A stretch of DNA of 64,000 nt, taken from assembly GCA_964016885.1 (NCBI GenBank), contig OZ024740.1:441688001-441752000 (forward strand). The letters are read 5' to 3'. Below are positions 24,701 through 45,700 of this stretch, piece after piece (position 1 is the stretch's first letter; each line of letters begins with the position of its first letter). The notes under the pieces are model-generated. The model was not told where the DNA came from, made no database searches, and saw only the letters and a program-made list of their open reading frames with translations. A program made the translations under genes and the position numbers. Source of the DNA: Eledone cirrhosa. Lineage: Eukaryota.

Positions 24701-27700
24701 ATATATATACGATATATATTACCACAATATACATACGATATATATTACCATAATATACATTCGGTATATATTACCACAATATATATGCGTTATATATTAC
24801 CACAATATATATACGATATATATTACCACAATATATATACGTTATATATTACCACAATATACATACGATATATATTACCACAATATACGTACGATATATA
24901 TTACCACAATATATATACGATATATATTACCACAATATACATACGATATCTACTACCACAATATATATACGTTATATATTACCACAATATATATACGACA
25001 TATATTACCACAATATACATACGATATATACTACCACAATATATATACGTTATATATTACCACAATATACATACGATATATATTACCAATATATATACGA
25101 TATATACTACCACAATATATATACGATATATATTACCACAATATACATACGACATATATTACCACAATAGACATACGTTATATATTACCACAATATACAT
25201 TCGTTATATATTACCACAATATACATACGATGTACACTACCACAATATACATACGATATATATTACCACAATATACATACGTTATATATTACCACAACAT
25301 ATATACGATATATATTACCACAACATATATACGATATATATTACCACAATATATATACGTTATATATTACCACAATATACATACGATATATATTTCCAGA
25401 ATATACATACGATATATATTACCACAATATACATACGATATATATTACCATAATATATATACGTTATATATTACCACAATATACATACGATATATATTAC
25501 CACAATATACATACGATATATATTACCACAATATATATACGGTATATATTAGCACAATATATATACGATATATACTACCACAATATACATACGATATATA
25601 TTACCAGAATATACATACGGTATATATTACCACAATATATATACGATATATATTACCACAATATACATACGATATATATTCCCACAATATACTTACGATA
25701 TATATTACCACAATATATATACGGTATATATTACCACAATATATATACGATATATATTACCACAATATACATACGTTATATATTACCACAATATATATAC
25801 GTTATATATTACCACAATATATATACGATATATATTACCACAATATATATACGATATATAATACCACAATATACATACGATATATACTAGCACAGTATAT
25901 ATACGTTATATATTACCACAATATATATACGATATATATTACCACAATATACATACGTTATATATTACCACAATATACATACGGTATATATTACCACAAT
26001 AAACATACGATATATATTACCACAATATATATACGTTATATATTACCACAATATACATACGATATATACTACCACAATATATATACGTTATATATTACCA
26101 CAATATATATGCGATATATATTACCACAATATATATACGATATATATTACCACAATATATATACGATATATATTACCACAATATTTATACCATATATACT
26201 ACCACAATATATATACGATATATATTACCACAATATACATACGATATATATTACCACAATATATATACGATATATATTACCACAATATACATACGATATA
26301 TACTACCACAATATATATACGATATATACTACCACAATATACGTACGATATATATTGCCACAATATATATACGATATATATTACCACAATATACATACGA
26401 TATATACTACCACGATATATATACGTTATATATTACCACAATATATATACGATATATATTACCACAATATACATACGATATATACTACCACAATATATGT
26501 ACGTTATATATTACTACAATATATATACGTTATATATTATCACAATATACATACGATATATATTACCACAATATTAATACGATATATACTACCACAATAT
26601 ACATACGATATATATTACCACAATATACATACGATATATATTACCACAATATACATACAATATATATTACCACAATATATATACGATATATATTACCACA
26701 ATATACATAAGATATATATTACCACAATATACATACGATATATATTACCACAATATACATACGATATATATTTCCACAATATACATACGATGTATACTAC
26801 CACAATATACATTACGTTATATATTACCACAATATACATACGATATATATTACCACAATATATATACGATATATATTACCACAATATATATACGATATAT
26901 ATTACCACAATATACATACGATATATTTTACCACAATATATATACGTTATATATTACCACAATATACATACGATATATATTAACACAATATACATACGAT
27001 ATATATTACCACAATATATATACGGTATATATTACCACAATATATATACGATATATACTACCACAATATACATACGTTATATATTACCACAATATATATA
27101 CGTTATATATTACCACAATATATATATGATATATATTACCACAATCTATATACGATATATAATACCACAATATACATACGATATATACTACCACAATATA
27201 TATACGTTATATATTACCACAATATATATACGATATATATTACCACAATATACATACGATATATATTACCATAATATACATTCGGTATATATTACCACAA
27301 TATATATGCGTTATATATTACCACAATATATATACGATATATATTACCACAATATATATACGTTATATATTACCACAATATACATACGATATATATTACC
27401 ACAATATACGTACGATATATATTACCACAATATATATACGATATATATTACCACAATATACATACGATATCTACTACCACAATATATATACGTTATATAT
27501 TACCACAATATATATACGACATATATTACCACAATATACATACGATATATACTACCACAATATATATACGTTATATATTACCACAATATACATACGATAT
27601 ATATTACCAATATATATACGATGTATACTACCACAATATATATACGATATATATTACCACAATATACATACGACATATATTACCACAATAGACATACGTT

Positions 27701-30700
27701 ATATATTACCACAATATACATTCGTTATATATTACCACAATATACATACGATGTACACTACCACAATATACATACGATATATATTACCACAATATACATA
27801 CGTTATATATTACCACAACATATATACGATATATATTACCACAACATATATACGATATATATTACCACAATATATATACGTTATATATTACCACAATATA
27901 CATACGATATATATTTCCAGAATATACATACGATATATATTACCACAATATACATACGATATATATTACCATAATATATATACGTTATATATTACCACAA
28001 TATACATACGATATATATTACCACAATATACATACGATATATATTACCACAATATATATACGGTATATATTAGCACAATATATATACGATATATACTACC
28101 ACAATATACATACGATATATATTACCAGAATATACATACGGTATATATTACCACAATATATATACGATATATATTACCACAATATACATACGTTATATAT
28201 TACCACAGTATACATACGTTGTATATTACCACAATATACATACGATATATACTACCACAATATACATACGATATATATTACCACAATATACATACGGTAT
28301 ATATTACCAAAATATATATACGATATATATTACCACAATATACATATGATATATACTACCACAATATATATACGATATATATTACCACAATATACATACG
28401 ATATATATTACCACAATATACATACGATATATATTAATACAATATATATACGATATATATTACCACAATATACATACGATATATATTACCACAATATACA
28501 TTAGATATATATTACCACAATATATATACGATATATATTACCACAATATATATTCGATATATATTACCACAATATATATACGATATATATTACCACAATA
28601 TACATACGTTATATATTACCACAATATACATACGTTATATATTACCACACTATAAATACGATATATAGTACGACAATATACATACGATATATATTACCAC
28701 GATATACATACGGTATATATTACCACAATATATATACAATATATATTACCACAATATACATACGATATATATTCCCACAATATACATACGATATATATTA
28801 CCACAATATACATACGATATATACTACCACAATATATATACGATATATATTACCACAATATACATACGTTATATATTACCACAATATATATACGATATAT
28901 ATTACCACAATATATATACGATATATATTACCACAATATACATACGATATGTATTACCACAATATACATACGTTATATATTACCACAATATATATACGGT
29001 ATATATTACCACAATATATATACGATATATACTACCACAATATTCATACGATATATATTACCACAATATATATACGATATATATTAATACGATATATATT
29101 ACCACAATATATATACGATATATACTACCACAATATATATACGATATATATTACCACAATATATATACGATATATAGTACCACAATATATATACGATATA
29201 TATTACCACAATATATATACGTTATATATTACCACAATATACATACGATATATATTACCACAATATACATACGATATATATTACCACAATATATATAAGA
29301 TATATATTACCACAATATATATACGATATATATTACCACAATATACATACATTATATATTACCACAATATATATACGTTATATATTACCACAATATATAT
29401 ACGATATATATTACCACAATATACATACGATATATATTACCACAATATACATACGTTATATATTACCACAATATATATACGGTATATATTACCACAATAT
29501 ATATACGATATATACTACCACAATATACATACGATATATATTACCACAATATATATACGATATATATTAATACGATATATATTACACAATATATATACGA
29601 TATATACTACCACAATATATATACGATATATACTACCACAATATACATACGATATATATTACCACAAAATATATACGTTATATACTACCACAATATACAT
29701 ACGATATATATTATCACAATATATATATGATATATATTACCACAATATATATACGATATATATTAATACAATATATATACGATATATATTACCACAATAT
29801 ATATACGATATATATTACCACAATATATATACGATATATATTACCACAATATATATACAATATATATTACCACAATATATATACGATATATATTACCACA
29901 ATATATATACGATATATATTACCACAATATATATAGGTTATATATTAATACAATATACATACGAGATATATTCCCACAATATATATACGTTATATATTAC
30001 CACAATATATATACGTTATATACTACCACAATATACATACGGTATATATTACCCCAATATATATACGATATATATTACCACAATATACATACGTTATATA
30101 TTACCACAATATACATACGTTATATATTACCACAATATAAATACGATATATACTATGACAATATACATACGATATATATTACCACGATATACATACGGTA
30201 TATATTACCACAATATATATACAATATATATTACCACAATATACATACGATATATATTACCACAATATACATACGATATATATTACCACAATATACATAC
30301 GATATATACTACCACAATATATATACGATATATATTACCACAATATACATACGTTATATATTACCACAATATATATACGATATATATTACCACAATATAT
30401 ATACGATATATATTACCACAATATACATACGATATGTATTACCACAATATACATACGTTATATATTACCACAATATATATACGGTATATATTACCACAAT
30501 ATATATACGATTTATACTACCACAATATTCATACGATATATATTACCACGATATATATACGATATATATTAATACGATATATATTACCACAATATATATA
30601 CGATATATACTACCACAATATATATACCATATATATTACCACAATATATATACGATATATATTACCACAATATATATACGATATATATTACCACAATATA

Positions 30701-33700
30701 TATACTTTATATATTACCACAATATACATACGATATATATTACCACAATATACATACGATATATATTACCACTATATATATAAGATATATATTACCACAA
30801 TATATATACGATATATATTACCACAATATACATACATTATATATTACCACAATATATATACGTTATATATTACCACAATATATATACGATATATATTACC
30901 ACAATATACATACGATATATATTACCACAATATACATACGTTATATATTACCACAATATATATACGGTATATATTACCACAATATATATACGATATATAC
31001 TACCACAATATACATACGATATATATTACCACAATATATATAAGATATATATTAATACGATATATATTACCTCAATATATATACGATATATACTACCACA
31101 ATATATATACGATATATACTACCACAATATACATACGATATATATTACCACAAAATATATACGTTATATATTACCACAATATATATACGATATATATTAC
31201 CAAAATATATATACGTTATATACTACCACAATATACATACGATATATATTACCACAATATATATATGATATATATTACCACAATATATATACGATATATA
31301 TTAATACAATATATATACGATATATATTACCACAATATATATACGATATATATTACCACAATATATATACGATATATATTAATACAATATACATACGAGA
31401 TATATTCCCACAATATATATACGTTATATATTACCACAATATATATACGTTATATACTACCACAATATACATACGGTATATAATACCCTAATATATATAC
31501 GATATATATTACCACAATATACATACGATATATATTACCACAATATACATACGATATATATTACCACAATATATATACGTTATATATTACCACAATATAC
31601 ATACGATATATACTACCACAATATATATACGATATATATTACCACAATATATATACGTTATATATTACCACAATATACATACGATATATATTACCACAAT
31701 ATACATACGATATATATTACCACAATATATATAAGATATATATTACCACAATATACATACGATATATATTACCACAATATACATACGTTATATATTACCA
31801 CAATATATATACGTTATATATTACCACAATATATATACGATATATATTACCCCAATATGCGTACGATATATATTACCACAATATACATACGTTATATATT
31901 ACCACAATATACATACGGTATATATTACCACAATATATATACGATTTATACTACCACAATATATATACGTTATATATTACCACAATATATATACGACATA
32001 TATTACCACAATATACATACGTTATATACTACCACAATATACATACGATATATATTACCACAATATATATATGATATATATTACCACAATATATATACGA
32101 TATATATTAATACAATATACATACGATATATATTACCAGAATATATATACGATATATATTACCACAATATATATCCGATATATACTACCACAATATACAT
32201 ACGATATATATTACCACAATATACATACGATATATATTACCACAATATACATACGGTATATATTACCACAATATATATACGATATATATGACCACAATAT
32301 ATATACGATATATATTACCACAATATATATACGATATATATTACCACAATATATATACGATATATATTACCACAATATACATACGATATATATTACAACA
32401 ATATACTTACGTTATATATTACCACAATATACATACAGTATATATTACCACAATATATATACGATATATACTACCACAATATATATACGATATATATTAC
32501 CACAATATATATACGATATATACTACCACAATATATATACGATATATACTACCACAATATATATACGATATATACTACCACAATATACATACGATATATA
32601 TTACCACAATATACGTACGATATATATTACTACAATATATATATGATATATATTACCACAATATACATACGATATCTACTACCACAATATATATACGTTA
32701 TATATTACCACAATATATATACGATATATATTACCATAATATACATTCGGTATATATTACCACAATTTATATGCGTTATATATTACCACAATATATATAC
32801 GATATATATTACCACAATATATATACGTTATATATTACCACAATATACATACGATATATATTACTACAATATACGTACGATATATATTACCACAATATAT
32901 ATACGATATATATTACCACAATATACATACGATATCTACTACCACAATATATATACGTTATATATTACCACAATATATATACGATATATATTACCACAAT
33001 ATACATACGATATATACTACCACAATATATATACGTTATATATTACCACAATATATACACGATATATATTACCACAATATACATACGATATATACTACCA
33101 CAATATATATACGTTATATATTACCACAATATATATACGATATATATTACCATAATATACATTCGGTATATATTACCACAATTTATATGCGTTATATATT
33201 ACCACAATATATATACGATATATATTACCACGATATACATACGGTATATATTACCACAATATATATACAATATATATTACCACAATATACATACGATATA
33301 TATTACCACAATATACATACGATATATATTACCACAATATACATACGATATATACTACCACAATATATATACGATATATATTACCACAATATACATACGT
33401 TATATATTACCACAATATATATACGATATATATTACCACAATATATATACGATATATATTACCACAATATACATACGATATGTATTACCACAATATACAT
33501 ACGTTATATATTACCACAATATATATACGGTATATATTACCACAATATATATACGATTTATACTACCACAATATTCATACGATATATATTACCACGATAT
33601 ATATACGATATATATTAATACGATATATATTACCACAATATATATACGATATATACTACCACAATATATATACCATATATATTACCACAATATATATACG

Positions 33701-36700
33701 ATATATATTACCACAATATATATACGATATATATTACCACAATATATATACTTTATATATTACCACAATATACATACGATATATATTACCACAATATACA
33801 TACGATATATATTACCACTATATATATAAGATATATATTATCACAATATATATACGATATATATTACCACAATATACATACATTATATATTACCACAATA
33901 TATATACGTTATATATTACCACAATATATATACGATATATATTACCACAATATACATACGATATATATTACCACAATATACATACGATATATACTACCAC
34001 AATATATATACGATATATACTACCACAATATACGTACGATATATATTACCACAATATATATACGATATATATTACCACAATATACATACGATATATACTA
34101 CCACAATATATATACGTTATATATTACCACAATATATATACGATATATATTACCACAATATACATACGATATATACTACCACAATATATATACGTTATAT
34201 ATTACCACAATATATATACGATATATATTACCGCAATATACGTACGATATATACTACCACAATATATATACGATATATATTACCACAATATATATACGTT
34301 ATATATTACCACAATATACATACGATATATATTACCACAATATACTTACGGTATATATTACCACAATCTATATACGATATATATTACCACAATATATATA
34401 CGTTATATATTACCACAATATACATACGATATATATTAACACAATATACATACGATATATATTACCACAATATATATACGGTATATATTACCACAATATA
34501 TATACGATATATATTACCACAATATACATACGTTATATATTACCACAATATATATACGTTATATATTACCACAATATATATACGATATATATTACCACAA
34601 TATATATACGATATATAATACCACAATATACATACGATATATACTAGCACAGTATATATACGTTATATATTACCACAATATATATACGATATATATTACC
34701 ACAATATACATACGTTATATATTACCACAATATACATACGGTATATATTACCACAATAAACATACGATATATATTACCACAATATATATACGTTATATAT
34801 TACCACAATATACATACGATATATACTACCACAATATATATACGTTATATATTACCACAATATATATGCGATATATATTACCACAATATATATACGATAT
34901 ATATTACCACAATATATATACGATATATATTACCACAATATTTATACCATATATACTACCACAATATATATACGATATATATTACCACAATATACATACG
35001 ATATATATTACCACAATATATATACGATATATATTACCACAATATACATACGATATATACTACCACAATATATATACGATATATACTACCACAATATACG
35101 TACGATATATATTGCCACAATATATATACGATATATATTACCACAATATACATACGATATATACTACCACGATATATATACGTTATATATTACCACAATA
35201 TATATACGATATATATTACCACAATATACATACGATATATACTACCACAATATATGTACGTTATATATTACTACAATATATATACGTTATATATTATCAC
35301 AATATACATACGATATATATTACCACAATATTAATACGATATATACTACCACAATATACATACGATATATATTACCACAATATACATACGATATATATTA
35401 CCACAATATACATACAATATATATTACCACAATATATATACGATATATATTACCACAATATACATAAGATATATATTACCACAATATACATACGATATAT
35501 ATTACCACAATATACATACGATATATATTTCCACAATATACATACGATGTATACTACCACAATATACATACGTTATATATTACCACAATATACATACGAT
35601 ATATATTACCACAATATATATACGATATATATTACCACAATATATATACGATATATATTACCACAATATACATACGATATATTTTACCACAATATATATA
35701 CGTTATATATTACCACAATATACATACGATATATATTAACACAATATACATACGATATATATTACCACAATATATATACGGTATATATTACCACAATATA
35801 TATACGATATATACTACCACAATATACATACGTTATATATTACCACAATATATATACGTTATATATTACCACAATATATATATGATATATATTACCACAA
35901 TCTATATACGATATATAATACCACAATATACATACGATATATACTACCACAATATATATACGTTATATATTACCACAATATATATACGATATATATTACC
36001 ACAATATACATACGATATATATTACCATAATATACATTCGGTATATATTACCACAATATATATGCGTTATATATTACCACAATATATATACGATATATAT
36101 TACCACAATATATATACGTTATATATTACCACAATATACATACGATATATATTACCACAATATACGTACGATATATATTACCACAATATATATACGATAT
36201 ATATTACCACAATATACATACGATATCTACTACCACAATATATATACGTTATATATTACCACAATATATATACGACATATATTACCACAATATACATACG
36301 ATATATACTACCACAATATATATACGTTATATATTACCACAACATATATACGATATATATTACCACAACATATATACGATATATATTACCACAATATATA
36401 TACGTTATATATTACCACAATATACATACGATATATATTTCCAGAATATACATACGATATATATTACCACAATATACATACGATATATATTACCATAATA
36501 TATATACGTTATATATTACCACAATATACATACGATATATATTACCACAATATACATACGATATATATTACCACAATATATATACGGTATATATTAGCAC
36601 AATATATATACGATATATACTACCACAATATACATACGATATATATTACCAGAATATACATACGGTATATATTACCACAATATATATACGATATATATTA

Positions 36701-39700
36701 CCACAATATACATACGATATATATTCCCACAATATACTTACGATATATATTACCACAATATACATACGATATATAATAACACAATATATATACGATATAT
36801 ATTACCACAATATACATACGTTATATATTACCACAATATATATACGATATATATTACCACAATATATATACGATATATATTACCACAATATATATACGTT
36901 ATATACTACCACAATATACATACGGTATATATTACCACAATATATATACGATATATATTACCACAATATACATACGATATATATTACCACAATATACATA
37001 CGATATATATTACCACTATATATATACGTTATATATTACCACAATATACATACGATATATACTACCACAAAATATATACGATATATATTACCACAATATA
37101 TATACGTTATATATTACCACAATATACATACGATATATATTACCACAATATACATACGATATATATTACCACAATATATATACGATATATATTACCACAA
37201 TATAGATACGATATATATTCCCACAAAATACATACGATATATATTACCACAATATATATACGATATATACTACCACAATATATATACGATATATACTACC
37301 ACAATATACATACGATATATACTACCACAATATATATACGTTATATATTACCACAATATACATACGATATATATTACCACAATATACATACGATATATAT
37401 TACCACAATATACATGCGATATATAATACCACAATATATATACGTTATATATTACCACAATATATATACTATATATATTACCACAATATATATACGTTAT
37501 ATATTACCACAATATACATACGTTATATATTACCACAATATACATACGATATATATTACCACAATATATATACGATATATACTACCACAATATACATACG
37601 ATATATATTACCTCAATATATATACGATATATATTACCACAATATATATACGTTATACATTACCACAATATACATACGATATATATTACCACAATATATA
37701 TACGATATATACTACCACAATATATATACGATATATATTACCACAATATATATACGACATATATTACCACATTATACATACGGTATATACTACCACAATA
37801 TATATACGATATATATTACCACAATATACATACGATGTATATTACCACAATATACATACGATATATACTACCACAATATATATACTTTATATATTACCAC
37901 AATATATATACGTTATATATTACCACAATATATATACGATATATATTAGCACAATATATATACGTTATATATTACCACAATATACATACGATATATGTTA
38001 CCACAATATAAATACGATATATATTACCACAATATACATACGATATATACTACCACAATATACATACGATATGTATTACCACAATATATATACGTTATAT
38101 ATTACCACAATATACATACGATATATATTACCACAATATACATAAGATATATATTACCACAATATATATACGATATATATTACCACAATATATATACGAT
38201 ATATATTACCACAATATATATACGATATATATTACCACAATATACATACGTTATATATTACCACAATATACATTCGTTATATATTACCACAATATACATA
38301 CGATGTATACTACCACAATATACATACGATATATATTACCACAATATACATACGGTATATATTACCACAGTATATATACGATATATATTACCACAATATA
38401 CATACGATATAAATTCCCACAATATATATACGATATATATTACCACAATATATATCCGATATATATTACCACAATATATATACGATATATATTACCACAA
38501 TATATATACGATATATATTACCACAATATATATACGTTGTATATTATTACAATATACATACGAGATATATTACCACAATATATATACGTTATATATTATC
38601 ACAATATATATACGTTATATACTACCACAATATATATACGGTATATATTACCACAATATATATACGATATATATTACCACAATATACATACGATATATAT
38701 TACCACAATATTCATACGATATATATTACCACAATATATATACGTTATATATTAACACAATATACATACGATATATACTACCACAATATATATACGATAT
38801 ATATTACCACAATATATATACGTTATATATTACCACAATATACATACGATATATATTACCACAATATATATAAGATATATATTACCACAGTATACATACG
38901 ATATATATTACCAAAATATACATACGTTATATATTACCACAATATATATACGTTATATATTACCACAATATATATACGATATATATTACCACAATATACA
39001 TAAGATATATATTGCCACAATATACATACGATATATATTACCACAATATACATACGATATATATTACCACCATATACATACGATATATATTACCACAATA
39101 TACATACGGTATATATTACCACAATATATATACGAAATATATTTCCAAAATATACATACAATATATATTACCACAATATACATACCATATATATTAATAC
39201 AATATATATACGATATATATTACCACAATATATATACGAAATATATTTCCAAAATATACATACAATATATATTACCACAATATACATACCATATATATTA
39301 ATACAATATATATACGATATATATTGCCACAAAGTACATACGATATATATTACCACAATATACATAAGCTATATATTACCACAATATATATACGATATAT
39401 ATTACCACAATATATATACGATATATATTACCACAATATATATACGATATATATTACCACAATATACATACGTTGTATATTACCACAATATATATTCGTT
39501 ATATATTACCACAATATACATACGATATATACTACCACAATATACATACGATATATATTACCACAACATACATACGGTATATATTACCACAATATATATA
39601 CGATATATATTACCACAATATACATACGACATATATTCCCACAATATATATACGATATATATTACCACAATATATATACGATATATATTACCACAATATA

Positions 39701-42700
39701 TATACGATATATATTACCACAATATATATACGATATATATTACCACAATATATATACGATATATATTACCACAATATATATACGATATATATTACCACAA
39801 TATATATACGTTGTATATTACCACAATATACATACGATATATATTACCACAATATATATACGTTATATATAACCACAATATATATACGTTATATATTACC
39901 ACAATATATATACGATATATATTACCACAATATACATATGTATGTATTACCACAATATACATTCGTTATATATTACCACAATATACATACGGTATATATT
40001 ACCACAATATATATACGATATATACTACAACAATATACATACGATATATATTACCACAATATATATACGATATATATTAATACGATATATAATACCACTA
40101 TATATATACGACATATACTACCACAATATATATACGATATATACTACCACAATATACATACGATATATATTACCACATACGATATATATTACCACAATAT
40201 ATATATGATATATATTACCACAATGTCTATACGTTATATATTATCACAATATACATACGATATATACTACCACAATATACATACGATATATATTACCACA
40301 ATATACACGATATATATTACCACAATATACATACGGTATATATTACCACAATATATATACGATATATATTACCACAATACATATACGATATATATTACCA
40401 CAATATATATACGATATATATTACCACAATATATATACGATATATATTACCACAATATACATACGATATATATTACCACAATATACATACGTTATATATT
40501 ACCACAATATACATACGGTATATATTACCACAATATATATACGATATATACTACCACAATATATATACGTTATATATTACCACAATATACATACGATATA
40601 TATTACCACAATATACATACGATATATATTAATACAATATATATACGATATATATTACCACAATATACATACGATATATATTACCACAATATACATTAGA
40701 TATATATTACCACAATATATATACGATATATATTACCACAATATATATTCGATATATATTACCACAATATATATACGATATATATTACCACAATATACAT
40801 ACGTTATATATTACCACAATATACATACGTTATATATTACCACACTATAAATACGATATATAGTACGACAATATACATACGATATATATTACCACGATAT
40901 ACATACGGTATATATTACCACAATATATATACAATATATATTACCACAATATACATACGATATATATTCCCACAATATACATACGATATATATTACCACA
41001 ATATACATACGATATATACTACCACAATATATATACGATATATATTACCACAATATACATACGTTATATATTACCACAATATATATACGATATATATTAC
41101 CACAATATATATACGATATATATTACCACAATATACATACGATATGTATTACCACAATATACATACGTTATATATTACCACAATATATATACGGTATATA
41201 TTACCACAATATATATACGATATATACTACCACAATATTCATACGATATATATTACCACAATATATATACGATATATATTAATACGATATATATTACCAC
41301 AATATATATACGATATATACTACCACAATATATATACGATATATATTACCACAATATATATACGATATATAGTACCACAATATATATACGATATATGTTA
41401 CCACAATATATATACGTTATATATTACCACAATATACATACGATATATATTACCACAATATACATACGATATATATTACCACAATATATATAAGATATAT
41501 ATTACCACAATATATATACGATATATATTACCACAATATACATACATTATATATTACCACAATATATATACGTTATATATTACCACAATATATATACGAT
41601 ATATATTACCACAATATACATACGATATATATTACCACAATATACATACGTTATATATTACCACAATATATATACGGTATATATTACCACAATATATATA
41701 CGATATATACTACCACAATATACATACGATATATATTACCACAATATATATACGATATATATTAATACGATATATATTACACAATATATATACGATATAT
41801 ACTACCACAATATATATACGATATATACTACCACAATATACATACGATATATATTACCACAAAATATATACGTTATATACTACCACAATATACATACGAT
41901 ATATATTACCACAATATATATATGATATATATTACCACAATATATATACGATATATATTAATACAATATATATACGATATATATTACCACAATATATATA
42001 CGATATATATTACCACAATATATATACGATATATATTACCACAATATATATACAATATATATTACCACAATATATATACGATATATATTACCACAATATA
42101 TATACGATATATATTACCACAATATATATACGATATATATTACCACAATATATATAGGTTATATATTAATACAATATACATACGAGATATATTCCCACAA
42201 TATATATACGTTATATATTACCACAATATATATACGTTATATACTACCACAATATACATACGGTATATATTACCCCAATATATATACGATATATATTACC
42301 ACAATATACATACGTTATATATTACCACAATATACATACGTTATATATTACCACAATATAAATACGATATATACTATGACAATATACATACGATATATAT
42401 TACCACGATATACATACGGTATATATTACCACAATATATATACAATATATATTACCACAATATACATACGATATATATTACCACAATATACATACGATAT
42501 ATATTACCACAATATACATACGATATATACTACCACAATATATATACGATATATATTACCACAATATACATACGTTATATATTACCACAATATATATACG
42601 ATATATATTACCACAATATATATACGATATATATTACCACAATATACATACGATATGTATTACCACAATATACATACGTTATATATTACCACAATATATA

Positions 42701-45700
42701 TACGGTATATATTACCACAATATATATACGATATATACTACCACAATATTCATACGATATATATTACCACAATATATATACGATATATATTAATACGATA
42801 TATATTACCACAATATATATACGATATATACTACCACAATATATATACGATATATATTACCACAATATATATACGATATATAGTACCACAATATATATAC
42901 GATATATGTTACCACAATATATATACGTTATATATTACCACAATATACATACGATATATATTACCACAATATACATACGATATATATTACCACAATATAT
43001 ATAAGATATATATTACCACAATATATATACGATATATATTACCACAATATACATACATTATATATTACCACAATATATATACGTTATATATTACCACAAT
43101 ATATATACGATATATATTACCACAATATACATACGATATATATTACCACAATATACATACGTTATATATTACCACAATATATATACGGTATATATTACCA
43201 CAATATATATACGATATATACTACCACAATATACATACGATATATATTACCACAATATATATACGATATATATTAATACGATATATATTACACAATATAT
43301 ATACGATATATACTACCACAATATATATACGATATATACTACCACAATATACATACGATATATATTACCACAAAATATATACGTTATATACTACCACAAT
43401 ATACATACGATATATATTACCACAATATATATATGATATATATTACCACAATATATATACGATATATATTAATACAATATATATACGATATATATTACCA
43501 CAATATATATACGATATATATTACCACAATATATATACGATATATATTACCACAATATATATACAATATATATTACCACAATATATATACGATATATATT
43601 ACCACAATATATATACGATATATATTACCACAATATATATACGATATATATTACCACAATATATATAGGTTATATATTAATACAATATACATACGAGATA
43701 TATTCCCACAATATATATACGTTATATATTACCACAATATATATACGTTATATACTACCACAATATACATACGGCATATATTACCCCAATATATATACGA
43801 TATATATTACCACAATATACATACGTTATATATTACCACAATATACATACGTTATATATTACCACAATATAAATACGATATATACTATGACAATATACAT
43901 ACGATATATATTACCACGATATACATACGGTATATATTACCACAATATATATACAATATATATTACCACAATATACATACGATATATATTACCACAATAT
44001 ACATACGATATATATTACCACAATATACATACGATATATACTACCACAATATATATACGATATATATTACCACAATATACATACGTTATATATTACCACA
44101 ATATATATACGATATATATTACCACAATATATATACGATATATATTACCACAATATACATACGATATGTATTACCACAATATACATACGTTATATATTAC
44201 CACAATATATATACGGTATATATTACCACAATATATATACGATTTATACTACCACAATATTCATACGATATATATTACCACGATATATATACGATATATA
44301 TTAATACGATATATATTACCACAATATATATACGATATATCCTACCACAATATATATACCATATATATTACCACAATATATATACGATATATATTACCAC
44401 AATATATATACGATATATATTACCACAATATATATACTTTATATATTACCACAATATACATACGATATATATTACCACAATATACATACGATATATATTA
44501 CCACTATATATATAAGATATATATTACCACAATATATATACGATATATATTACCACAATATACATACATTATATATTACCACAATATATATACGTTATAT
44601 ATTACCACAATATATATACGATATATATTACCACAATATACATACGATATATATTACCACAATATACATACGTTATATATTACCACAATATATATACGGT
44701 ATATATTACCACAATATATATACGATATATACTACCACAATATACATACCATATATATTACCACAATATATATAAGATATATATTAATACGATATATATT
44801 ACCTCAATATATATACGATATATACTACCACAATATATATACGATATATACTACCACAATATACATACGATATATATTACCACAAAATATATACGTTATA
44901 TATTACCACAATATATATACGATATATATTACCAAAATATATATACGTTATATACTACCACAATATACATACGATATATATTACCACAATATATATATGA
45001 TATATATTACCACAATATATATAGGATATATATTAATACAATATATATACGATATATATTACCACAATATATATACGATATATATTACCACAATATATAT
45101 ACGATATATATTAATACAATATACATACGAGATATATTCCCACAATATATATACGTTATATATTACCACAATATATATACGTTATATACTACCACAATAT
45201 ACATACGGTATATAATACCCTAATATATATACGATATATATTACCACAATATACATACGATATATATTACCACAATATACATACGATATATATTACCACA
45301 ATATATATACGTTATATATTACCACAATATACATACGATATATACTACCACAATATATATACGATATATATTACCACAATATATATACGTTATATATTAC
45401 CACAATATACATACGATATATATTACCACAATATACATACGATATATATTACCACAATATATATAAGATATATATTACCACAATATACATACGATATATA
45501 TTACCACAATATACATACGTTATATATTACCACAATATATATACGTTATATATTACCACAATATATATACGATATATATTACCCCAATATGCGTACGATA
45601 TATATTACCACAATATACATACGTTATATATTACCACAATATACATACGGTATATATTACCACAATATATATACGATTTATACTACCACAATATATATAC

